DNA of 64,000 nucleotides from NCBI GenBank assembly GCA_013265495.1, contig MU057947.1, positions 10,048-74,047 on the forward strand. Direction: 5' to 3'. Position numbers and translations under genes: made by a program. This document shows positions 24,001 to 35,200 of the stretch, piece by piece. The stretch is from Vicugna vicugna. Lineage: Eukaryota. The notes beneath the pieces were generated by a model that was not told the origin of the DNA, did no database searches, and saw nothing but the letters and a program-made list of their open reading frames with translations. Positions within the stretch are counted from its first letter, which is position 1. The number at the start of each line of letters is the position of its first letter.

Positions 24001-24450
24001 TTCACTGCGGCCCGGCAGCCCTGCCTGAGGGGCTGGGGTTGCCTCCATTTTCGCGAAGAAGACGCCGGAGTCGGCAGGCACCAGACCTAACGAGCCCCAA
24101 GCAGGGCTGGAGCCCTGATCCCCACCGCGACCCGGCACCCGGCTGGGCGGCGCCCGGCGGGAGGGAGGGCAGGCTGGGGCCGCAAGGGCGAGCAGAAGCC
24201 GGAGTCGTGAAGCCCTGCATGTGCAGGGCGGCATCCGGGATGGCTGCCCCAGCCAGGAGCAGCCGGCGCCAAGCCGGGCTCAGGGCTGCCGCGGTGCCAG
24301 TGTCCCCACGCACCTGCGGCCCTCCCGGCACCGGTATGGACACGCAGCTGAGGGGGGCCCTGCGTCCGGACGTGAGCTGTTCTTGCCTCACCCCTGTGAG
24401 AGCAACACGTGAAGGATAAAAAGAATGGCCAACGTCCCTGCACCCTCGTA
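21050..24450. promoter_or_regulatory. Cluster of CpG-rich segments (about 21.05-21.8, 22.55-23.05 and 23.8-24.45 kb)
   Basis: High GC with many CG dinucleotides; GGGCGG boxes; G-run tract at 22922-22939. Confidence 0.55.
21990..22245. repeat. CA/TG-rich low-complexity region with three imperfect internal repeats
   Basis: CA-rich run, then three 'tgtgtgc(gtgc)accac...tttc' units. Confidence 0.75.
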
Positions 24451-26541
24451 AGCCGCTCAGGTGACCTGGATTAATTTGAATTCCGTCTTCCAGGTTACCC
24501 AGCAGAGGCCTGACTCGGGGGAAAAGAGCCCAAAACCAGCATGAAAGTTTCGCTCATACTTGAGCCGACCCAGAAGTCACTCATTGCTATGATTATCATT
24601 TTGCCTGGCTGCCCACGATGCAGAGCAATGATTCTATTTTACACAAAATAAATATTCTAGATGCAAACTAGCCGCATTTGGCTAATATAACACATTCTAA
24701 AAAATAAAGCGAACCAAATAGTTAAAAGAAGATCCTTGGCTGTCTGACCCGACCTTCTCCTGTGATTATTCTAATTATTCTTCTATTATTTAGGCCATGA
24801 GCCAAAGGTTCCCGAGTGCATAGAGAGTTAATAGCAGACTTGAAGTGGGAGGGGAGGGCAGACCCGCGTATGTTCATTAAAGCCTGCTTTCACTTAAAGG
24901 TTTTGCATCAAGGCGGCTGTGGGCACCAATAATTTATCTTGAAGTCTATTTACTCAGTGCTACAGGGAAATAAAAATTTGTCCTAATTTCCCTCCCCGAC
25001 CCCAGAAGTGGCTGCCTCTTGCCTTCCTTCCCCGCAGCCCCTTTGGTGGTCAGTCTGTTGCCCGGGAACCATGACGGAGATGCCCGGATCCCACTTGGAG
25101 GGGAACATCTCCAGGGTACCCTGTGGCTTCCGGCCAGCATGGGTCAATGTTCATGAGAAGCGCGTTCCCGAGATGGTGCTGCTCGTGGTGGGCAGGCAGG
25201 TGGGAAGAGCAGGCGACTCAGGAAGCACTGCAGCCGGCAGGCTCACACGCGCGCTGCGCATCCCGGAGCCCAGCTTCTCCCCCACTGTGCCAGGACCCAC
25301 GTCAGCCACAACCCACAGCCCTTGGGAAAGTCACCCCAAGAAAAATCCTCCACCAACAAGGTCCACGCCTGCTCTAAACATGAACCCGGGATCTAAGGTG
25401 TACGAGACAAGGCCCATCGGGCACAGGGCTGAGAGAGCTGGGGACAGAAATGAACCGAGATCGTCCTTACTGCTTCCTCCAAGTTCAACATTTTTAGAGC
25501 CTTGGCCAACCCTAGCAGCGCCATTTTGCGGTCACTCAGAGCTGCCTCCAGACACATCTTAAAAATTCCCACAGTCCCTGCCCCCGTTGGGTGATTGTCC
25601 CTGAGATTCTGGGTGAAAGACAATGTCCTCCTTGGAGGGGTCAGCACAGGGACTGGTGCCGAGAGAGCATGACCCACATTCTCTGCCAACAAGACCCAGA
25701 GAGAGAGGAGCGCAGGGGAGGCAAGGTGGCAGGAGCTGTGGAGAGAAAAGAAGGGCAGAGACTGGCCTGTGGTGAGGCAGGACATGGCACGAGTCAGGGA
25801 CCATGAACACCCTGACGCAACACGGCCGTGCCCACGCCCTCAGCCACAAGCCTTCCAGCTCCCCATGGCCATGCCCCGCAGGTCAGTCCCTCCACCGACC
25901 ACAGCACAGCAGACGCGCTGTACCTCGTGACCACCGTGGGCAGCACCTGCTGCATCGAGAAGCCAGCAAACCCTTCCCAGGGAAGCTGGGGCAGTGGTTC
26001 ATAATGAAGCCACAGATCAAGCCCCAGACCCACGTGCGGCGACAGCAAGTTGGCCAGGCAGGTACAGATCAAATCTTGAGATCTCTCTGCATGTCACTTT
26101 AGAAGATCCTTTAAGTAGTCACTTCCCTGGTTAAGATGACACGGAGCAAGGGACACACCCAGGATGGGAGCATCCAGAGCGGCTGGGAGGGTGATACAAT
26201 CCTGCTCACAGGTAGCCCTTCCTCGGTGACACCTGTGTCTGATCCTACACTGATGCAGCTTCCATTTTCCAGGGTCTGGGGGGCCAGAGGGAGCGGACAC
26301 CCACTCCAAAGCTATTCTTTCCTGAGCGCTACTGCAGAAGGTATTTTTTTAAGAGGTTTCCACGTGGTGTTAACTCAAACATTTACCAAAATTTCTTCCA
26401 TTGAATTTCTTTAGTTGCCTGTGTTTGGGGGTGGACGGGCAACGGGAGGGGTCTGCAGAGGACAGGTGCCAGCCCCTGGGGTGCAGAGCTCAGGAGGTGC
26501 CAGGCAGTGAGGACTGTGGCCATCAGCCCACGATCCCAGGA

Positions 26542-26877
26542 GGTTCCTTGTCCCCAGTCTTGCCCGCCACATCGTGCGATTGGTCAAAAGCTTTCTGGTT
26601 TTTTCTTGGTTCCTTGTCCCCAGTCTTGCCCACCACATCATGCGATTGGTCAAAAGCTTTCTGGTTTTTTCTTGGCTCCTTGCCCCCAGTCTTGCCCGCC
26701 ACATCGTGCGATTGGTCAAAAGCTTTCTGGTTTTTTCTTGGTTCCTTGTCCCCAGTCTTGCCCACCACATCATGCGATTGGTCAAAAGCTTTCTGGTTTT
26801 TTCTTGGCTCCTTGCCCCCAGTCTTGCCCGCCACATCGTGCGATTGGTCAAAAGCTTTCTGGTTTTTTTCTTGGCTC
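26542..26877. repeat. 66-bp minisatellite, 5 copies, with 132-bp higher-order unit
   Basis: Unit ggttccttgtccccagtcttgcccgccacatcgtgcgattggtcaaaagctttctggttttttctt starting at 26542, 26608, 26674, 26740 and 26806. Confidence 0.97.
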
Positions 26878-27674
26878 TGTGGGCTCCCTGGTGACTTCTG
26901 GTGCGCTCATCTAGACAGACCCTGAGCTGGGCCGACAGAAGGCAGTCTCCCCCCAAAAGAAGCTCCTCTCTATCCGGCCTCAAGCACGCAGGTTCACGTT
27001 TATTCATTCTGAGCAATTCTTGCTTAGACGGTTTGCCCGAACCAGCCCTGCCCGGGATGTCTTCTTCAATCAAAATTCTGCTCAAAAGAGCCCAGCTGAT
27101 CGAGTGAAGTGGCCTTTCCACATGCTATTGACAATCTGTCTCGAGCATTATCTCAGGAGTTTCGCTTTATTTTCTCTCCCAGCCCAGATAGCCTCTGCTT
27201 TGAACCACTGCTTCTGGACATATCTGGGTTTGAGGCAGCCAGCATGTTACACCCACCTCCCGGCCTTGCTGAATTTTGCAAAAGCAACATGAAAACTTAA
27301 AACCCAGGAAGAAGAAAAAGTGCTTAAATGACTCACCTCTTCCCTCAGTGTGACTTCTGTGTGGAAGTGAGGTCCACAGGGAAACGTGATGTGATTTCTC
27401 GAGGCAGCTGGCCTTAGAGATTAAGGCCATCAGGAGCAGATCCACAAACAGAAAGAACGGGAGAACATATCACTTCAGGGGCTGGGCAGCCCCGGACGTG
27501 TGTGTGTGGACACAGACACTGCCTCCGAAAATAAAGGAAGGTAAACTCACTCGTGCAAAAGTAGATGTTTGTGAAACAGGCACTTGGATTGACCTCAGGG
27601 AATAGATCTAACCCCCAGCTCCCACCCCATGAATTGTTTTATTTACTTCATCCAGATAGATTTTGGAGTCAGTC

Positions 27675-27720
27675 TGAACACACAGGCACACTCAGTAAAC
27701 GTTTATGAACGAATCAATGC
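27675..27720 (+). mobile_element. L2 3' terminal fragment
   Basis: 'acacacaggcacactcagtaaacgtttatgaacgaatcaatg'. Confidence 0.5.
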
Positions 27721-30329
27721 GCTGCCAGTTTTCTCTTCCGAAAAGCGCAGACGTTCCTGGCCTGTGTCTAAGGACCCCGTGGGTTGGAATTCTAGTCTAC
27801 ACAAAAGAAGGCACGAGTGTGTCTGCAGCCAGCCTGGGCCCAAGACAGCCTGCCCGCTCCCCAGACACGGGGCTGAATACACCCACCCCTGCAGCCTTGG
27901 GCTGGATGCGGAACAGCATGGGGAACAGAGCCAGCAAGCCTCAGGAACCAGACAGAAGAGACATAATGTCAGAAGGGGGCTTGGAAGAACAGAAAAGCAC
28001 CACTAAACCTGGGAGGGTGAGACAGGCAACGGGAAAGTCCTGTGTTCAGGGCCTCAGGGAATTCCAGGAAGTCAGCAATACCCACGCCAGGAGCACCTCT
28101 TAAGTCAAAAAGGGAGCAACATGGCCCTGGAATCATCTCTCTCTCAGTGACTGGTGACGACTTGCGAGGGAGATATGGGATCTGGAACCTGAAATTAGCC
28201 ACTGTAGGAGCTACCAGCTCAGTCACAGAGCGACACTTCTCTTTGTCTCACGAAAAAATGCCTGTAAATGGGAAGATTTTAGATCAGTGGCTTTGAGGCT
28301 AAGATGTTTGCAAGGCTGTTTACAAGGCTGTTTATTTGTAATCCCACCTCATACCAGGAAAGATTTGAGACACTGAACTTGCAGGGCCAGAGACGGGGCC
28401 CGAAAGGCTCAGTCATGGAAGCGAGGTCCCACAGAGCCACAGACCAGACAGGACAGTGCCCTCGCTTTTCTGCCCGCACCCTCTGGGCGGAACGGACATG
28501 AATTTTAACTTGTGATAAAGCTGAACAATGTTTTTATATTCGACATAACCACTCCATTGGGTGACAGAGTTGTGCTGCTGGTAAGTGGACTTCGGCTTGG
28601 GATGCATGTTTCTCCGGCACAAAAGAAGCCGAGCGACGGGTCTGAGGAGCTAAACGCTCACTATTTAGATAACACTGTCATTCTGGTCATGAGGAGCATT
28701 TCAGCCTGGGATCCCTGACGGTCACCGAAACCGTGTGCGTTTCTCCAACCTCAGCTGACACAGACGAGGGGAGAGGAGCTGATTAAACTAGGGGCGCCTG
28801 CGCCCGTCCCTCTAACGCAGTGTTTATGGGCGCTTACACACAGAGAAGGTCTGTGCCGTTGAAGAGTTTACCATGAAATGGAAAAGAAAGCCAGATTTTT
28901 TCATTACAATAGTAAGAAGATACAGGGCCAAGTATAGAGTATTTACTCTGATTACCCCTGATTAGGGGACATGTCATAACAGGTGGATTGAATCTATTTC
29001 TTTTTACTAGATTCCCTAAAACTTTACATCATTCAGTAGCAAGAGAAACATCCGTTTACTAGGACGACGTGATGGGCTCTATAGAACGGACTTGTGAACA
29101 AGGGGTTTTAGCAAAACTGAAAGCCTCTCGGCCCCAGAATCTTCAAGTCCCTTCCCGGGGTTTCTGTACTTCAGTTTTTCCTTCTTCATCCTTAATGAGG
29201 AGCCCAGTTAGAGGCTGGAATTAATTTTAAAATGCGCCTGCCTATTGTAAAAGGTCCCTGAACATGGAAAGGGTTCTTCAGTGATGCTCCACGCCTCCTT
29301 CCCAAGGTACACCTTCTAAAGAGCTCCCCCCTCCCCTCCCCCCACACAGTGCTGCTCCCTTAAGGACAGCGAGCACAGCGCCAGCTCCCTATGGGGCCCC
29401 GACAGTCACCTTGGCCCACGGACGAGTCAGTGCTGCTGCGTGGGCCAGGGGGGCAGGCCACGCACTGTTTCTTCCAGTTCCATTGCATCGATAAGGATGA
29501 GATGAGGCGTTGGCTGCCATCCCTCCCACCAGGGAGGCTGCGCTGAGGAAAGAGACGGAGGACGTGGGCCAGCGTCCCAGCACACAGCCCCCGCCGCCCA
29601 TCACAGGTGCCCACGCCGCTCTCTGTGCTCATGAGGTCAGGTTTGGGATGGACGTTGGTTTGCACAGAAGCATATAGGGCAGATGCTTTCCTTGACGTTT
29701 CTCTCCTTTCTCCGTTCTTTGCGTGCTGTGCTCGGTCTGTCACAGGAGTTGCTAAGTAACTCTGTCTGCCTGGAGGGAATGGGAGCAACTTCCTCTCTCC
29801 AGCCCAGCTCATGGGGCCTCAGAAATCACCACAGACAGAAGGAACTTTTCACACCGCCTAGTAATGCAGTGGCAACATGAGCATCTTCCCTGTTGGACGG
29901 TATCTCTCACACCAGACAGCAGGCCGAGTTCACATAGTAGATGAGAAAGGACATTCTGTCACGTAGGGCCTGTCCCAGGAATAGATGGTCAGAGCAGTGG
30001 AAGTTGTTCAGATTTCGTCCCCACGGCCATGCGGAAGCGCTGAAGACCTTGGAATGGCGGGGGATTTCGGGAGGACCCGTCTGGGCGTAGTATGCGTGGA
30101 GCGGGCTTCCTTGTTCACCCTCTCACTCGCTCTGCCGGTCCCTTCTTCCCAGAACTTGTTCCCAACTGAAAACAAAAACCGCTCCCCGGCCTCACCCCAG
30201 TCGTGCTGTCCCAGAGACCCTCCAGGGCCTTCTGCCGTGCACACCTCGCGGGCGGCCAGCAAGTCCCAGTCCCCAGCCCTCCCTCCCCAGAGGGCAGAGC
30301 CGGCTGGGGCGCTGCTCAGTCTGCAGAGC

Positions 30330-30665
30330 TGACCAACGTATCACGGCCGAGGTGGCAGGATGGAAACGCTCTGCTGCCGGGCTCTCGGGGCGGGAGGGCT
30401 CCGGGCGGGTCTTCAGCGGTTGAGTATGTAGCCCCGCCCCCAGCCCGCGCAGGCTGGCCGAGGCGCTGAGCCGTCACCTGCGCTCCGGCGGCGCGGGCGC
30501 GGGGCCCTCCCGCGCTGAGCTCCAACCATCGGTCTATCCGCTTAGACGTTAAACTGGTCAATTACGGTTGCCGGGCAACCATAACTTCTGCGCATGTGCC
30601 TCCTGTGGTTTTGGACGCCAACCACAAAGTGATGATAACAGGGTTCCCCCCCCCCCCGCCCAAGA
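30330..30665. promoter_or_regulatory. Small CpG-island promoter with RFX, NRF1-like and GC-box motifs
   Basis: GCCCCGCCCC 30431-30440; palindrome GGTTGCC-G-GGCAACC 30566-30580; TGCGCATGTGC 30589-30599; CpG dense. Confidence 0.7.
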
Positions 30666-32167
30666 TCCTTCTTTATATGTAAATTTATGCTTGAGTTGTG
30701 TATTTAAAAATTAGTTTCTATGAGTCATGAGCCTGAGGTCTGGCTGAGCTTTCCTTTCCCCCTAGGTGTATAAAAATCAAGCTTGAAAGTTCTGAGATCA
30801 CGGAGATGGTGTAAAACAAGGCCAAGGCGGTGACTTCCAAGGAAGCCGTTTGTTCCTGCGTACAAGCTCCGGACGACACGCATACATGGGACTCGGGCTC
30901 ACGGGGCAAGGAAGTGCCTGCCTCCTGCCACGTCTGCCCCCGCCCTCCCCCCGCCTTCCCCTGCTAACACTTCCCCAGTGCCCCTTGGTGTTGGGCTGCG
31001 GGAAAGACCTCGCTTAGATCCAACCTTGCCCTGCTCTCTGGGGACACATGAGGTAGCAGGCAAGATGCAAAGACCCGTTCTGTTCCTAGGTAGTGGGAGA
31101 GGCTCCTGCTGGTGGTTTCCAGGGGCTTCTGAGCCCCACGAGCCGGAAAGGAGAAGGAGGAGGTGTCCCGCAGGCCCTCCAGAGGGGCTGAGCCACTCGA
31201 GACCACCACAGGCCTGCTGTAAACTGGCAGGAGTTCTGGGGTCCAGGGAGGGGCTCTGATTCCTCCCACAGAGTCCAGACCCGCTCCACCAGCTAGTGCG
31301 AGAGTGACTGAGACCCTCAGAACGTCAGTTTCCTCGCCCAAAGGAGGGTGACCGTCATCACCTGCGTTCAGGGCTCCCATGGAACCCAGCGGTCCCCTCC
31401 TCTTCCCACTTTCTTTCCTGTGAACTTCAGCCACTTCGGGGATGGAGGACAGGGACCAAATGCAGCTGCATTGTAAATACTAGGTAAGTGTTTCCAGGTT
31501 TTGGGGGTAAGGCAGATCATTCCAAGTGAAAAATAAATAGCTACGAGGAAGATAGACAGCACGTTTCCAGAAAGAAAACACTCGGAGCCAGCCGTACTGT
31601 ACTGTGCTATTAGCCTCCACTGTTTTCCTTTGCTGGAGTGTTTGACTGGCCCGGCGAGGGAAGGCGGGAGTGGAGGGGCCCACAAGCAGCCGGGAGGACA
31701 TAAATATTGATGAGCACATGGGTTTCACATTAGCTTTTGATGAAATGTTTCATGGGCCTGAACCAGTTTCCCAGATTAAGAAAAGCCCCTCCCCGCCCAC
31801 ACACACTACTTATTTTCTCTCCAAACTTTGGTTTGCGTCCCATAGACATGGACATAATTGGCTTTGAAAAATCACTCATTGCTTTTTATCTTTCCATCTC
31901 TCCTCTTTGTCAGTGCTGTCCCCCTCGCTTCCCGAGCCATCCGGGTGTGGAGAAATACAAGGATTCGATCCGACTGAAGTCCAAGGATGGTAAAATACAC
32001 GACTTTCTTCTGTGAAATCTTATCATCTGCACCTAATTATCAAAGTTCAGGATTACCATTTGGAGGGAATTGTTCACAAACATCTGCTCTTCAAAAATCT
32101 GAGCCTGGCTAGAATGTCCCTCCTCCTCCGAAATTTCTAAGGCCAGACTTAAGGGAACCACTGAGCC

Positions 32168-32219
32168 GGGGGGGGGGGGGNNNNNNNNNNNNNNNNNNNN
32201 GGGGGGGGGGGGGGGGGGG
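32168..32219. other. Assembly gap (20 N, 32181-32200) flanked by poly-G
   Basis: G13-N20-G19 seen directly. Confidence 0.97.
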
Positions 32220-35200
32220 CTGGGAGGGACTGGACAATTAGCACCGTCTGCCTCTGCCGGGTCCTCAGAAGCCATTCCCGCATCGGGGCTGACAGCCAGG
32301 ATGTTCAGCTGTTGAAACTCTTGGTGACAAATGCAAAATTCCAAAGAAAACCAAACCAAATTCCTCTGATTGAAAAGATGTGTGGGCAACTCAGGAAAGG
32401 TCTCACATGCCAACAGATGTAAATGCGGTGCAGAGAGGCGATGCCAGCCGACCAGAGGCAGAGGAACCTGGGGGCCGCCGCCTGAGGACGCAAGGTGAGC
32501 TTGGCGGGTCAAAGGGGACAAAGAAACTGACACAGATAGGAGAGGAAGGAGGATTCAAGCCCACTCAGACCAGATCTTGTGCCAGGAATGATGGTGGGTC
32601 TGGAACTGGCATCCCTTTATGAGAAAATAAAGCCAGAACTCATCAAGACTGGCTGAAGACATTCCCATCCTGGCTGGAGGCACTTTCTAAACAAAGACCA
32701 AAGCCGCCAGTGAAGAGAGGTCTCCTGTGGCCCGACTAAATGGGCCAGCTCGGCTGGAATGAAGAAGGTCACACAAGGACGCTCCACCGCACATTGCAAC
32801 GGGAAACCTTTGCCAAAGTGAAGGCAGGAAAGTGTGCCTGCAGGCATGGCAGTGCCTTCTCCCAGGTGAGGGGGACTTGGGAGTGGACCTTGGGTCATTC
32901 TTCCAGACATAACTTTGCAGAACTGAGTCTCTAGGCAAAAATGCCATCGAGTCCCAGAAGCGGCAGGGTGCTTTGGATGAAGCAGACAAGTTTCTGACTG
33001 GAGGCCGCCAGCCAGAGGAGGGAAGAGGCTCCAGGAAGTCACCTGCAAACGCAGGCACCAGGAAAGGCTTTCGGTGCCTAAACACTGTGGGCGTGCCGGG
33101 AGCCCAGACACCCCGCCGTGTACAACCAGCAAGACTAAAATCAGCCTTGGCTGGCGTTGCAGCTTCTTCTTCCCGTTGAGACAATGTGGCCGCAGGTGGG
33201 ACCCACCTGAGAATACATTAAGAATATAAATACTTTAAGAATACTTAATATAATTTAATATAACATGTTAAGAATAGTGCCGACTATTTAAACTGTTAAA
33301 TATCTAATTTGGCTTTTAGATTTACTGAAGTCAATGTACTTTGTTTCCATTCCGTCCAAAATGAAAGCTGAATGATGAAAGATAGTTTTTGGGTTTTGTT
33401 TTATCCTAAGGAGGCATTTTGAGTCAAAACTCTTCACTCTCAGGGTTGTGACCAGGACACAGAAGTGAACACTTCCTCTGTTACTAATCCCACACGTCCC
33501 TGAGCCTTGCCTGAGCCCTTATCTGGTCCCAGGGGTCAGGCTGGGCTGCCTGAGGGTAGGGGCTAGAGCCCCCGCCCCTCTGCACAGTTGTATGTGGAGT
33601 TGTGCGTCCTTCTCACACAAGGAAAACCTCCAACACCCGAAGGAATGCAGTAAAGTATTTTCAGACAGTGTGAAGGAGTTTTACAGCAGGTTTTATCTCT
33701 ACAGATGGAAATCATCCAGGATTTTTTTTTCTGGTCCATCATTGATTTTTTTATCCCTTCAAGAAGGTGTTATTTGATCACTGTGGGAAGAACAAGATCG
33801 CTGGACAGAAGTCCCTCTCCTCCTCTCTGAAACGCAGCGCACACTGGCCGAGATAACCCTCCCTGATTGGCTTACGGGTTCTCTGATTGTAGATGTTTCT
33901 ATTGGCAAAAGTTGACTTTCCATCAAAACCCAATGCCTGAGACATCAATCTACTTCAATAAACAATTATCCTAAATAACCTGCAATTATACGTAACATTT
34001 CCAAAGAAGATTATCAAATACTCAAAAGTTTGTGGGTTTTTTTTTTTTTGGCCAATATTTTCATCCCTTGCTGGTCATAGACTTAAAAGCTCGAAATAGA
34101 ATTTCGTCTCCTACCAATTTTTTCCCATTTATGTTTAGAAAATATTGATTTTTTTTAAACTGGAGTTTTAATGGACCTTGAAATTAACATGGCTTTTATT
34201 TCTCTGCTGTGACCCCGTCATCTCTGATGATGTCACTGTGTCCCCCAGAAAAATCACTGGCCAGCAACTGGCATGTAGCGTCGAGGCACCAGGGGCAGAT
34301 CAACAGCTCCTGTTTGTTCAGATGTGGTCGTTCTTCCCTGGAAGAAATGATCCTGCTTCAGAGAAGCAGCTGTGAGACAACAGGAACTTCTCCCACACCA
34401 GGTTGGCATGACCTTCTCAAGAAACAGCACTAGGTTGCAGCTTGAAATTGAGGGCACAGCCAGGGCGTCTGCATTTTTCAGAAGCGCCACAGGTAACCTT
34501 CTTGTGCAGCCAGGGTTCGGCCCCGCCGCCCACAGAGCAACGGTACAGCACGTGCTACAGACGCTTGGCAGACTTCGCGAGCATGTGTTGGACACCAAAT
34601 GGGTGGCCCTGTCTGGGTGAGGATGGGGAGTAAGTGGACCTGAAGTCCAGGCAGACAGGAAAATAAGTAACTAGTGAGTGGGGGAGGTGGGCTGCAGCGG
34701 ACAGCTAGGGCCCAGAATGTCAGGCTGGCCCACTGGGGCCAGTGAGCCCTGGCCGGCTGCTCTCCCCGACAAACTCAACCGATGGTTGGGGTCGACAGTG
34801 CGCAGGAAGAGAAGAAAAATCTCAGAGCCAGAGAGGAGGCCGCTTCCCCCGTTGAAACGGCCTCATCTGGCGCATCAGATGTGCTGGAAGGGTCGGCAGT
34901 GTGGGGGGGATTCGTGGAGGGGCCGGCATCTTTTATTAATCACACAGATGTGGATTGTAGAGTCCCTCTTCAAGGACAGCCCGAATCTAGGGAAATACCT
35001 CCCCAGAAGGTAACAATTTTAAGGACGATTAAATCCAGAATGTAAGCCACCACCCAGGTTGCATCCATCCTCTGGGATTATGGAGCGAGGAGCCAGCATT
35101 TTCTAGAAGAGGTCTGCAGGCTTCTGTGATGAACATACACCTGGGAAGGGCCGCTCCCTGCACACCTGTACCCCTCTCGCCACTTCAGCCATCCTTGAAC

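Noticed and set aside
26542..26877. CRISPR-like regular repeat
   Set aside because: Head-to-tail tandem units with no unique spacers, no cas genes, and a mammalian context.
27076..27095. Histone stem-loop-like GGCTCTTTT on the minus strand
   Set aside because: The second arm (AGAGCC) is absent and there is no histone ORF.
26401..27121. Five overlapping ORFs of 103-236 aa with 22-aa repeats
   Set aside because: Artefact of a stop-poor 66-bp unit whose length is a multiple of 3; no coding evidence.
33043..33210. Possible minus-strand exon (ttctcag|GTGGG...GCAG|GTGACT)
   Set aside because: Weak pyrimidine tract and no recognisable peptide; unsupported without transcript data.
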